A stretch of 40,294 nt of DNA from Verrucomicrobiales bacterium (GCA_003484235.1 DNDP01000461.1:27684-67977), one strand, 5' to 3'. Numbered from the stretch's first letter, positions 26,038 through 35,080 are shown. Translations and numbers: made by a program. The notes: a model not told the origin generated them from the sequence alone.

Positions 26038-29000
26038 TCACTGGCTCCCAGAGCCCGTGCCGACGACGGCTGTTACCAACCGGTAGAACTTGATGGGCAC
26101 ATCCTGCACCGCGACCAGCTGCACGCGTTCCTGCGTGGGGCTCAGCGGCTGCACGGTTTCCGTCAGCCCGGTCGCCTCCAGCCACGCATCCAGATCCTCG
26201 CTGCTCTCGAAGGTGACGCCCAGCGACTGCGAAAACGTGGTACGATCGAACTCAATGATCACCAGGGACTGGCCGTTGATTTCACCCGCCGAAATGGTGA
26301 CCGGCGACGTTGTCTCGGCCACATAGGGATTGCGGCCGAAGAAGGCCTCGAAGATGGCGCTCAATCCATCACCGTCGTCGTCCGCATCCGGATCCGCGCC
26401 GGCACCGGTGAGCTGGTGGTATTCGACCCAGTCAGCGAAGCTCTCGATCAAGCCACGCTCCAAAGCCTCGACAGCCAGAATCGTCGGGGCGCTGTAGTCG
26501 AGCGGCGCCGGGACCGTAGCGCCAGGCGTGAAGGTGAGCGGAGTCTGAACGAATGCCGCGGGGCTGAAGCTGCTGGAAAATGTCTGAGGTGCGCCAGGGT
26601 TTTCAATCCGGGAGAGCATCATGAACTCTTCGGTCGTGGAGGTGTGAAAGACCTGCGGCTGGAGGTAGAGGCTGTCCAGGCCGCTGTCTTCGTGGAAACG
26701 CATGAGACCTTCCCAGGGCAGTTTCAACAGCATGGGCGCACTCTGTCCGCCGCTGCCCCACGGATACGCCGAACGCGTGGTGGCCAGCATGGCGAGACCG
26801 TCTCCCGCGTCGGCCAGGTCGAGGCAGATCTCCGCGTCCGGACCGTCGAACACCGAAAACAGTTTCACCCCAAGCTCGTCGGTCAGGCTCATGACCCAGC
26901 CCGCTCGTTCGGCGCCGAGCCCCGTCACTCCGCAGGCCCAGAGACCGCCTTCGACCCACTCGAGCCCGGTAACCAGGTCGTAGGGAGAATTGCCGCCGTC
27001 AGGCAGTTCGTCCTCCCAGTCGGGATCGTCACCGATGCTCACGTGATCCAGCAGGTTGCCCTCGGCGTCGAGTTTCACGAACAGGTTCACCGGACGGTCC
27101 TGGGTGACGATCCGGCCCACGGCCCCGGCGGCGTAAATGGTGCCATCGGGCGACTCCAGCACCTCCTCGAGATTCATGCCCCAGCGGCTGGCATAGACGT
27201 TCGCCCACAGCAACAAACCATCCTCCACATCGATCTTCATGAGCAGCCCGCTGGAGGTGGCATCCTTGAGGACGTTTGCGGAATCGGGCGTGCCCATCGG
27301 AGGCGGAGCGACATTGGCGGCCGACTCGCCGGACAACAGCAGCATGCCATCGGCGGTCAGGGTCATGCCATTCACCTCGTCGTCGCCATCGAGGGCATAG
27401 TAGGCGGCCCACAGGATGTTTCCGAGGGCGTCGAGCTTGATGAGGGCCGGATCACTGGAACTGATCGAGCCATGGTGAATGTGGCCGGCCACGTAGAACT
27501 CGGGTTGCCCGAGGCCATCTTCACCTACCACGATTTCCTCAACCGTGATGGACAGCCCTGGCCGTTGACTGAACGACCATTCGCGGTTGCCGTCGCCATC
27601 GAACAACGCCACCACAAGGTCGAGCCCCTTGAGTCCTGCGGTGACGAAACGGCCATCCGGCAGCACCGCACCCACCTGCGCGCTCTTGTTGAGGCCGAGG
27701 TCCTTCATCCACACCAGATTCCCGGCGGCATCAAACTTGGCCACGGCGGTGCGGCTCACGTTGGCGCCACCCACGATCAACGTCTCCGCGCCTGCCGGAC
27801 CGTAGGGAGGCAGCGGCAGGACGAATCCCTGATCAAACGTGCCGAAGCTGGTCGTGGGCTGGAACACCCGCGCCCAGCGCACCCTGCTGCCGCTCAGCTT
27901 GTCAAAGCCCTGCAGGGCCGGTCGCGGCCCCGCCAGTTGGGGAACGGGCACCAACGGTCCGCCGGCATCGCGATGAAAGAACGTGGCCACCGGTTGCGAG
28001 ACCTCAACCCCCACTACATTGAAACCGAGCAGGCTGAGATCGAAACGCCCAAACAGCTCCGCGTCGGCATGGAGTGTCCACCAGGGATTTTCGAGCGGAG
28101 CCACCTCCATCTCCGCCACGGCCCGAATGCCGAGCGCCGGTCCCGCGGTGGCGAGACCGCCGGCCACGCTGACGTTGATCTCGAGGCGCGCGTCCACCCA
28201 GGCGCTGGCACTGGCCGCAAGGTCGTCAAAGACCGTCGGATCCGACACCCTTGGTGCAATGAACTCCTGAATGGGAGTGGCGAAGGTCTGGCCGTTGTCC
28301 CAGCCGACCTCGGCCCCGACGGTGATCGCGGATTCGAGAGGAATCGTCAGGCCGGCCGGTGCCGTGGCCTCGGCGCCCACCGCGAGCACAAAGGTCGGGC
28401 CGATCGTGGCAGGCACTCCGGCGATGGTAATCGGTACTCCGGGCAGGGGGATGCGGGCCAGCTCCTTCTGCTTGTCCACGAGCGGCAGGGTCGTGTTGTC
28501 GCTGCTGCCGGTCGTTTCGAGCAGCAGGCTGGCGGTGATGCCCGCGTCGATGCCCACGCTCGCGCGTTTGATGGCAAAATCCCGGAAGGAGATCTGAAAC
28601 CGAAGTCCCGAGGAGCGGAGCAGCACCTCGCCGCTCAGCTGCAGGTAGTCCGTGATTTTCAGCTCGTTGAAATGCCACGGGATGGCGCTCAACCCCCGCA
28701 GGCCCGCCAGCGCAGCGCTGTTCGGGTCCTCCGCCTCGACAAAGGCGGCGGCCTCCGCACGGTCCTCCTGCTCCTCTTCGGTGTAGGTGTTTTCGAGCGG
28801 CGGATCCAGCAGGTCGCGCCCGCTGCCATTGAAGTTTTCGTCGTCTGCCAGGAACGTGCCGCTCTTCAGGATCTCGAGCAGTTCACGCTTGTGGCCGGCC
28901 ACATGAGTCTTGTCGCCAACCTGCGTCACCGAGGCGATCTCGAAGGGGATCTGCTGGCTCAAATAGGGAACCGCAAAGCCGCCGGTCGGTGGCGGTTGCT

Positions 29001-30774
29001 TGGGCCGGTATCCGCCCGACGCAGTGTCGGCAATCAACAGGTCTCCGGGCTGGAGGCTTTGGATCAAGTCGGTCGCCTCACCAAAGACCAGCACCAGTTC
29101 GCCCAGGCCGTTGCCGGTGGTCGCTTCGAAGGCTTCATCGGTCGGCGCGTCGATGAACCGCGTGGGTGCCGAATAGACCTGCTCCTCGAAGCCGGCGACC
29201 TGCAGCAGTTCACCGCTGAGGATCATCCCGCGGACGGCGGCAAGGTCGGCGTTGGCCACCCGCACCACCAGTGTGTCCGCGGTGCCGGCGGTGGCGGCAC
29301 CGAGTTCGGGCAGCGTGGCGTAATTCAGCTGCGGATCGGTCACCGCGGCGGTCGCCGGCAGGAGTTCACGGTCCACCAGCAGCGCCAGCTCGAAGTAACG
29401 GCCACTGTCGGTGTTCAGGAGATCCGCAGAAAACTCAATGTCCGTCTCGTCGGTCCCGACCGGCGTTTCGCCGAGGATGCGGATGTTCTGGAGGGTGATG
29501 TCGAGCGGCTTCGCGATGAAGGTGGACGGCGCCAGCGGTGCACGGTACGGATCCGTTCCGGCAAGAAGCTCGGCCTCGTCGGTCCGGCCGTCATGATCCG
29601 AATCGAGCAACGCCACTTCGCGGGCGCGCTGGTAGATCCAGCCCAGATGGGGCTGCACCAACGTGAAGCCCGCGACGTTGCCATAGACGGAGTCGGCGGT
29701 GGCGGCGGCGCCGGGATTGAGGAACGAGGCAATGCCGTAGATAACGGGTGTGCCGGTGAGGTAATACTCGTCCGGCGCGGGGAAATTGGGAAAGGCCGAC
29801 CAGAGAAAGGCGGGGCCGCCGCTGTCCCCTTCTCCGCCGATGAAATCGCAGACGGTGGCCGCAAACAAACCGTTGGCCGGATCGATGGGACCCGCGCAGG
29901 CGACCGGCGGGGAGGTCACCTCATTCTCGAAGCCCATCGTGCTGAAGGCGCTCAGCGCGACAGGCACGTCGTTGGTCGTCCGACCGTTTACCGGATCGTC
30001 GCAGACAACCTCGCTGAGTTCCCATTTGTCAAAGTCCATGAACGCCACGGAGGCTGCGGCGGTGGGAAAGGGGACGTAGGCGGAGTTCGATCCGTCGGTC
30101 GTCTGGCCGCCACCCACCACGTCGAGCACGTTCACGCCGGCGGACAGGAAGTCGGGAAAGCCGTTGCCACCGGCGTCTCCGTCGCCTTCCTCGCCAAAAC
30201 CCGCGATCAGCACCCCTACGGAGCCGGCAAACGGCGTCGCGGACAGACGGGCGAAGGTGGTGACTGCCGCCACGGGCCCGGCCAAACGGACCAGCGCGAT
30301 GTCGTTGCCCAGGAGATACTGTTCCTTCTGCCAGTCTTCGTGGACGTGAAACTCGGCCACCCCGATCACTTGTCCGCCTTCGGTCTCACACTCGAGGCTG
30401 GTGACATTGATACCCGCGCCCTGACCGTCGGTGCCCTGGAGTGCGTGCGCGCAGGTAAGCACCCATTCGGAGGCGATGAGGGTTCCGGACCACGTGAGAT
30501 AGTCGGGCACCTGGTCGCCGTCGACATCCACCGGCGCGTTGTTCCGGATCCGCACCACGGTCTGGTTCAGGAGCGGGTTGCCCGCCTCCCGGAGCATCTG
30601 CGTGATGATGTTCTGGTCGTCGGCATTGAGGTTGAAGGCCCGGTTTTCAGCGGGCTTGATCACCGCACCGGTCCGGGCCGCCAGCAGGCAGAACAGCACC
30701 GTGAGCAGGATGGTTCGGCATCGATTCCGCGGGACGGCATGCGCCATACCGCCCTGGGAGGCTTCAATTCTCAT
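26038..30774 (-). CDS. Giant (1578 aa) secreted multidomain protein: N-terminal trypsin-like (S1) serine protease + unknown central region + beta-propeller-like repeats + C-terminal Ca-binding linker and beta-sandwich
   Basis: The signal peptide is RTILLTVLFCLLAARTGAV. The S1 triad motifs are WVLTCAHAL (His110), GNDIALVRL (Asp158) and GGEGDSGGPAF (Ser318, codon AGC at 29821-29823). DSDHDGRTDEAELLAGTDPY follows. Repeats have the form h-h-K-h-D-x-x-G-N-h-h-W (AKFDAAGNLVWM, ALFDGDGNREWS, IKLDALGNILWA, MKIDVEDGLLLWA, VKLDAEGNLLDH). The C-terminal part contains DPDADDDGDGLSAIFEAFFGRNP and ends ..KFYRLV. The start is ATG 30774, with ATG 30747 as an alternative. Confidence 0.9.
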   Translation of the reverse strand: MRIEASQGGMAHAVPRNRCRTILLTVLFCLLAARTGAVIKPAENRAFNLNADDQNIITQMLREAGNPLLNQTVVRIRNNAPVDVDGDQVPDYLTWSGTLIASEWVLTCAHALQGTDGQGAGINVTSLECETEGGQVIGVAEFHVHEDWQKEQYLLGNDIALVRLAGPVAAVTTFARLSATPFAGSVGVLIAGFGEEGDGDAGGNGFPDFLSAGVNVLDVVGGGQTTDGSNSAYVPFPTAAASVAFMDFDKWELSEVVCDDPVNGRTTNDVPVALSAFSTMGFENEVTSPPVACAGPIDPANGLFAATVCDFIGGEGDSGGPAFLWSAFPNFPAPDEYYLTGTPVIYGIASFLNPGAAATADSVYGNVAGFTLVQPHLGWIYQRAREVALLDSDHDGRTDEAELLAGTDPYRAPLAPSTFIAKPLDITLQNIRILGETPVGTDETDIEFSADLLNTDSGRYFELALLVDRELLPATAAVTDPQLNYATLPELGAATAGTADTLVVRVANADLAAVRGMILSGELLQVAGFEEQVYSAPTRFIDAPTDEAFEATTGNGLGELVLVFGEATDLIQSLQPGDLLIADTASGGYRPKQPPPTGGFAVPYLSQQIPFEIASVTQVGDKTHVAGHKRELLEILKSGTFLADDENFNGSGRDLLDPPLENTYTEEEQEDRAEAAAFVEAEDPNSAALAGLRGLSAIPWHFNELKITDYLQLSGEVLLRSSGLRFQISFRDFAIKRASVGIDAGITASLLLETTGSSDNTTLPLVDKQKELARIPLPGVPITIAGVPATIGPTFVLAVGAEATAPAGLTIPLESAITVGAEVGWDNGQTFATPIQEFIAPRVSDPTVFDDLAASASAWVDARLEINVSVAGGLATAGPALGIRAVAEMEVAPLENPWWTLHADAELFGRFDLSLLGFNVVGVEVSQPVATFFHRDAGGPLVPVPQLAGPRPALQGFDKLSGSRVRWARVFQPTTSFGTFDQGFVLPLPPYGPAGAETLIVGGANVSRTAVAKFDAAGNLVWMKDLGLNKSAQVGAVLPDGRFVTAGLKGLDLVVALFDGDGNREWSFSQRPGLSITVEEIVVGEDGLGQPEFYVAGHIHHGSISSSDPALIKLDALGNILWAAYYALDGDDEVNGMTLTADGMLLLSGESAANVAPPPMGTPDSANVLKDATSSGLLMKIDVEDGLLLWANVYASRWGMNLEEVLESPDGTIYAAGAVGRIVTQDRPVNLFVKLDAEGNLLDHVSIGDDPDWEDELPDGGNSPYDLVTGLEWVEGGLWACGVTGLGAERAGWVMSLTDELGVKLFSVFDGPDAEICLDLADAGDGLAMLATTRSAYPWGSGGQSAPMLLKLPWEGLMRFHEDSGLDSLYLQPQVFHTSTTEEFMMLSRIENPGAPQTFSSSFSPAAFVQTPLTFTPGATVPAPLDYSAPTILAVEALERGLIESFADWVEYHQLTGAGADPDADDDGDGLSAIFEAFFGRNPYVAETTSPVTISAGEINGQSLVIIEFDRTTFSQSLGVTFESSEDLDAWLEATGLTETVQPLSPTQERVQLVAVQDVPIKFYRLVTAVVGTGSGSQ

Positions 30775-30901
30775 AATTCAACGGCCAGATGTATCGATTC
30801 TGACGGCTCCGCGGGGCGGCCGGCCGGACTGCACCAGGATACTCTGTGATCCATACCCGCCGTAACGGAAAACCTTTCACGCCAACGGTCGTTTGCCATC
30901 G

Positions 30902-33244
30902 TCATTTGGGTGGAGAGACTGCGTGGTCGGGCCGGATGGCGGCTTCCCAAATGACGTAAGCTGGAGAAGCACGCCAGTCCTCGTAAGGTTTTCCCGGACC
31001 CATCCGGACGATCTCAGGCGGACTGGGCATGTCGGCGAGCATTGCCTCGATCTCCAGCTTGTTCGCGGTGAGATCCTCCTGCGTCAGCAGGGCATCCATG
31101 AACACCGCGCGCAGGCCGGCTGGCATCATGCGGCTGCCGGTTTCCTCGACTTCCGCCAGCCCGTCCCAATCAACGACAGTCCGCGGCGTGCCGGGGGCGG
31201 GGGCGGGCCGTCCCTGACTTGTCGGCAGGTTGATGAATGCCTGCTGCACCCGGTACCGATTGTTGTCTCCGGACCAATTGAGGTTCGTCAGGATGTACTG
31301 CGCTTCCAGGGCAAAGCCAAAAATCACGCTGTCGACCTCAATAACGCTGTCCTTGATCCGCACCTCGACGGAATTGGCGGGTGCCAGGTCATCCAGCCGA
31401 AGCAGCAGCCGGTTGATGAACACCGAATCTTCGATGGTCAGGCGCACCGGTTCGGCGGTGCGATTCTCCACCTCGCAGGTCTCCATGCCAAACATCAGTG
31501 ACTGCATGATGCGCACCTCGGCTGCAAACGGTTCGACCGGCCGCCGGTCGGAGGTCACATTCTGCAGCACCAACCCCACTGCGCGCTCGACCGGAATCAA
31601 CTCGCTGTACGCAATTTCCACGAGCGGTGCATCGTTGGCCTCCACGCAAAAGGCCCGCTGCCGGTATGCGCGCGGCACCAGGCTGCGCTTCTGCATCCGG
31701 CAGTGCCACAGCCGCAGTGACGCGCCGGTGATCCGGATCAACGGCGGAGCCAGCACGTTTGGCAGCTGATGTTCCAACACCAGCCCCTCCAGCGTCAGGG
31801 CGCTGTCCGTGTCAAACATCGGCGCGTCGCTCGAAACACAGCGCAGGACGGGCCGGGCTCCGACGGCGTTGCGGATGCGCAGGGGCTTCCCCCGCACCGT
31901 CAGCGGCTGCACTTCAATCAGCCCATCACCGTGCACTTCGATCAAATCACCGGGGGTGGCAAGTTCGACCGCCTCGGCAAGCGAGCTTGCAATGGTGCCG
32001 CCGGAACGCAGGGTGAACCCGACCGGCCGGTTCGCATCCCCCGCGTTGGGATGTGGGTCCGGCCACACGATCCCGACGAGCACTGCAAGCAGGGCGGCGG
32101 CCGCCGTCGTCCACACCACAAGGTTGGCCTTCTTCGGGCGCGCCAGTTTCCGAAATGTTGCCAACGTCTCCGCCGCCGTTCCCCGCCGGGTCGGATCCGG
32201 GGACATCAGGCGGCCGATCAAGCCGGCGAGTCCCGCCGAGAGCTCGGAGCGTTCGCGGCGGATGGGTTCCACAATACCCTTGCGAACTTTGGCCAGCAGC
32301 TCAGTCATCCGGTCGGCCACGAACGGCGGGTGGCCGATCGCCAATGAATACAGTGTGCCTCCGAGACTGAACAGGTCGGACGCAACGCCGACCGGTGCCC
32401 CCGCCGCCTGCTCCGGCGACATGAACTGGGGCGTGCCCGCCAGCAGATGCCCATCCGTGGTGTTCGTTTGATTCACCGAATGCACGAGCCCGAAATCGGT
32501 GAGCCGCACCCGCGCCAGACCGTCTTCCAGAAGAATGTTCGCGGGTTTGATGTCGCGATGAATGAGGCCCACGGCATGGGCCGCCACGAGGGCGGAAGCA
32601 AGCTGCCGGCCCACCCTGATCACCTCGGACTCGCCCAGACGGCCATGCGTGTCCAACCATGCCTGAAGGGAAGGACCGGCGAGGTGTTGCATCACGATGA
32701 AGGGCAGTCCCGCCTCCTCTCCCACCGAGTGGATCACCACGACGTGGTCGTGCTGCAGCGCCGCCGCCGCGCGGGCCTCCCGAAGAAACCGCTCGCGAAA
32801 CTCGATGTTCGCGGCCAGATGGGGTGCCAGCACCTTGACGGCTACCACCCGATCCAGCTGTCGATCGTGTGCCTTCAGGACGATTCCCATGCCACCGCGG
32901 GCGACGATCTCCAGCACCTCGTAGCCGCCAAAAGTTCCGATTGCCTCAGATCCCGCGGAAGGCTGCAGGTATGGGGCAATGTCCCAGTCAATGCCCTCAC
33001 CGGCGGCTCCTTCAACCCCCTTCAGACGGGACACCAAGCGGCGCAGCTCGATGGATTCGTTGCGGGAATCGTCCCGTTCCGCAAAGACGAAGGTGGTGGT
33101 GCCGTGACCGGAAAGCTGCTCCAGCAGCTGTCGGCACGGCTCGCAGGTGTCCAGGTGTCCTGCAAGCTCAACCTGCTCCGCCTCCGGCACCGCCCCGCTG
33201 AGAAGCGCCCGCCATGTGGCCGGAGTGGGGCACACCGCATTCAT
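30902..33244 (-). CDS. Transmembrane Ser/Thr protein kinase with an N-terminal ZAS-type (HxxxCxxC) anti-sigma-like segment and a C-terminal extracytoplasmic beta-helix-like domain
   Basis: Kinase motifs are ARGGMGIVLKA, VAVKVL, HRDIKPANILL, DFGL and GTPQFMSPEQ. A single TM segment reads LVVWTTAAAALLAVLVGIVW. The ectodomain of about 380 aa has beta-helix-like periodicity (LIEVHGDGLIEVQPLTVRGKPLRIRN..LTLEGLVLEH..IRITGASLRLWHC). The ATG at 33242-33244 overlaps the sigma gene stop TGA (ATGA). The listed upstream start at 33271 is TTG. Confidence 0.9.
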   Translation of the reverse strand: MNAVCPTPATWRALLSGAVPEAEQVELAGHLDTCEPCRQLLEQLSGHGTTTFVFAERDDSRNESIELRRLVSRLKGVEGAAGEGIDWDIAPYLQPSAGSEAIGTFGGYEVLEIVARGGMGIVLKAHDRQLDRVVAVKVLAPHLAANIEFRERFLREARAAAALQHDHVVVIHSVGEEAGLPFIVMQHLAGPSLQAWLDTHGRLGESEVIRVGRQLASALVAAHAVGLIHRDIKPANILLEDGLARVRLTDFGLVHSVNQTNTTDGHLLAGTPQFMSPEQAAGAPVGVASDLFSLGGTLYSLAIGHPPFVADRMTELLAKVRKGIVEPIRRERSELSAGLAGLIGRLMSPDPTRRGTAAETLATFRKLARPKKANLVVWTTAAAALLAVLVGIVWPDPHPNAGDANRPVGFTLRSGGTIASSLAEAVELATPGDLIEVHGDGLIEVQPLTVRGKPLRIRNAVGARPVLRCVSSDAPMFDTDSALTLEGLVLEHQLPNVLAPPLIRITGASLRLWHCRMQKRSLVPRAYRQRAFCVEANDAPLVEIAYSELIPVERAVGLVLQNVTSDRRPVEPFAAEVRIMQSLMFGMETCEVENRTAEPVRLTIEDSVFINRLLLRLDDLAPANSVEVRIKDSVIEVDSVIFGFALEAQYILTNLNWSGDNNRYRVQQAFINLPTSQGRPAPAPGTPRTVVDWDGLAEVEETGSRMMPAGLRAVFMDALLTQEDLTANKLEIEAMLADMPSPPEIVRMGPGKPYEDWRASPAYVIWEAAIRPDHAVSPPK
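33134..33157 (-). other. H-x3-C-x2-C motif (HLDTCEPC) in the kinase N-terminal segment, matching the zinc-binding anti-sigma (ZAS) signature
   Basis: I verified the codons on the minus strand: CAC CTG GAC ACC TGC GAG CCG TGC. The motif sits about 30 aa from the kinase N-terminus, upstream of the catalytic domain. Confidence 0.55.
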
Positions 33245-33858
33245 GCAGCCACCACACGAAGGTCGTCCCAATCGCCGGTCGCGTGCTCAACCGCCAACCG
33301 AAGCTTCGCAATCACCCTGGAGCGCGCGATGTACACGGCGCCTTCGGTCAGGCCAAGCGCCCGGGCGACCTCGCCGATCGGCTGGTTCTGCACCGCCGTC
33401 TTCCAGAACGCCTCCCAGGTCGGCACTTTGAACTCGGCGCGAACCCGGTCGGCCGCCCAGTGAAACATCCGCAGCCGGTACTCGTGATCCCAGTCCAGTT
33501 CCTCCGAGGAACCGGGCTGCTCCTGGATGAGCTGCATCATCGTGGTGCCGCCCATCGCTGCCGGCTGCCGTTGCCGGCGGTCCCAGAAACTTTTCAGCTT
33601 GTTGCGGGTGACGGTAAACAGCCAGTTGCGGAATCCGCCGCGGTCCGGTTCATATTCGAATTTCTGGATCGCCCCGGCAACCGCCTTCATCACCTCCTGC
33701 GCCACATCGGCCGCATCCACCTCCTGCAGGCCGCGTTTCCGGCAAAACTGAAAGATCAACGGGGTATAGAGGTCGACAAAGCGCTCCCAAGCCGCGTGAT
33801 TCTCCACATCACGAAGATTCAGCAGCAATGTTGCGCGAGTTTGCAGTCCCTGATCCAT
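33241..33858 (-). CDS. ECF-type sigma-70 family RNA polymerase sigma factor
   Basis: The translation starts MDQGLQTRATLLLNLRDVENHAAWERFVDLYTPLIFQFCRKRGL. Region 2 reads DAADVAQEVMKAV..FRNWLFTVTRNK. Region 4 HTH reads IGEVARALGLTEGAVYIARSRVIAKLR. The listed start at 33900 is TTG, so I prefer the ATG at 33858. Confidence 0.9.
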   Translation of the reverse strand: MDQGLQTRATLLLNLRDVENHAAWERFVDLYTPLIFQFCRKRGLQEVDAADVAQEVMKAVAGAIQKFEYEPDRGGFRNWLFTVTRNKLKSFWDRRQRQPAAMGGTTMMQLIQEQPGSSEELDWDHEYRLRMFHWAADRVRAEFKVPTWEAFWKTAVQNQPIGEVARALGLTEGAVYIARSRVIAKLRLAVEHATGDWDDLRVVAA

Positions 33859-34041
33859 GGATCGCGCGCCGAGTCTGTCTGAAGCTCGTGAGACCTGCAA
33901 GCGTGCCCGGACAGCTCAAATGCCGGCAGAAGCCGGCCATGGCTGCCCGGCGGCCGCAGTTCCGCCAGGAGCGCTCCAACAGACGGGCCGGCATAGGCCG
34001 GCTCCTTGACGCTGCTCCACGTGCCCGTTAGGTTCGCGCCC

Positions 34042-35067
34042 ATGTCTCGTGCCTGTCTGCGAAACGTCCTGATTTTGTCATGCCTGCTTGGGTTTGTCTG
34101 GAACTCTCCGGCACCGCTGATTTACCGGCCCGGCGAGGGCTGGGTCTACGAGCAGGCCGGCGGCGAGTCGGGAGATTGGGAGCGCGGCCGGGCACTGGAC
34201 CAACTGGAGGTGGCACGTCAGGCGTTTGAAACCGGCGACATCGGCACCGCCTTGAAGGCGGCAAAGCGGGTCGTCAACCGCTGGCCGTTGTCGGACTACG
34301 CGCCGGATGCACAGTATCTGCTGGGCCGCTGTTACGAGGAGAAGGGGCTGCTTGAAAAGGCCTTCAAGACCTATCAGGAGCTGGTGGAGAAGTTTCCCAA
34401 ATCCCAGAACTACGAGGAAGCACTGCAACGGCAGTTCAACATCACCAACCGCTACCTGGACGGGCGATGGTTCCGGCTTTGGAACTACATTCCCACGTTC
34501 CCGTCGATGGAACGCACGTCAAAGATGTATTCACAGATCGTGGAAAACGGCCCCTACAGTCCGGTGGGGCCTCAGGCCCAGATGAACATCGGCAGCGCCC
34601 GCGAGAAACAGGAAGAGTATCAGCTCGCGGTCCGCGCCTATATTCGCGCCGCTGACCGCTATCACGATCTGCCAGGCGTCGCGGAGGAGGCGGTCTTTCG
34701 TGCGGCGCTGGCGTGGCACAAGCAGGCGAACAAGGCCGAATACGACCAGGGCACCGCCGGCGAGGCGATCAACACCTACACCGACTTCACCCTGCTCTAC
34801 CCGCAGGATCCGCGCGTGCCGGAAGCCCGTGACGCGATCCGCGAGCTTCAAACGGAGCAGGCCAAGGGAGCCTTCGCCACCGCCCGCTACTACGAGAAGA
34901 AGCGCCGCTGGCTGGCGAGCGAGATCTACTACAACGAAGTGCTCTTGAAGGACCCGCAATCAGAGTTTGCGGATGCCGCCCGCCAGCGGCTGGCGGAATT
35001 GAAGCCACATACCGCCAGGCTAAAGGAACAGCAGGCGGCCGTTGAACCGTCCACATCGGCAAACTAA
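34042..35067 (+). CDS. bamD: BamD (YfiO)-like TPR outer-membrane lipoprotein
   Basis: The ATG at 34042 gives MSRACLRNVLILSCLLG with a lipobox-like LILSC. TPR-like helices resemble BamD (QLEVARQAFETGDIGTALKAAKRVVNRWPLSDYAPDAQYLLGRCYEEKGLLEKAFKTYQELVEKFPKSQNYEEAL). The gene assignment is based on architecture only. Confidence 0.65.
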   Translation: MSRACLRNVLILSCLLGFVWNSPAPLIYRPGEGWVYEQAGGESGDWERGRALDQLEVARQAFETGDIGTALKAAKRVVNRWPLSDYAPDAQYLLGRCYEEKGLLEKAFKTYQELVEKFPKSQNYEEALQRQFNITNRYLDGRWFRLWNYIPTFPSMERTSKMYSQIVENGPYSPVGPQAQMNIGSAREKQEEYQLAVRAYIRAADRYHDLPGVAEEAVFRAALAWHKQANKAEYDQGTAGEAINTYTDFTLLYPQDPRVPEARDAIRELQTEQAKGAFATARYYEKKRRWLASEIYYNEVLLKDPQSEFADAARQRLAELKPHTARLKEQQAAVEPSTSAN

Positions 35068-35080
35068 CCCCTCGTTCCGC

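Noticed and set aside
25819-30849. Uninterrupted 1676-aa ORF on the plus strand, antisense to the whole S1-protease giant gene and running into both flanking spacers
   Set aside because: The composition is Arg/Gly/Ala/Pro/His-rich and low-complexity, with no recognisable motifs. The minus-strand frame carries a clear signal peptide, S1 triad and repeats. Long stop-free antisense frames are expected in GC-rich genes with high GC3, so this is a shadow ORF.
33959-33963. GGAAC on the minus strand upstream of the ECF sigma gene, as a possible autoregulated ECF -35 element
   Set aside because: No CGT-type -10 element lies at the expected 16-17-nt spacing. The other GAAC nearby has spacings of 10 or 20 nt. 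I found no matching motif in the spacers upstream of the two giant genes, so I make no promoter call.
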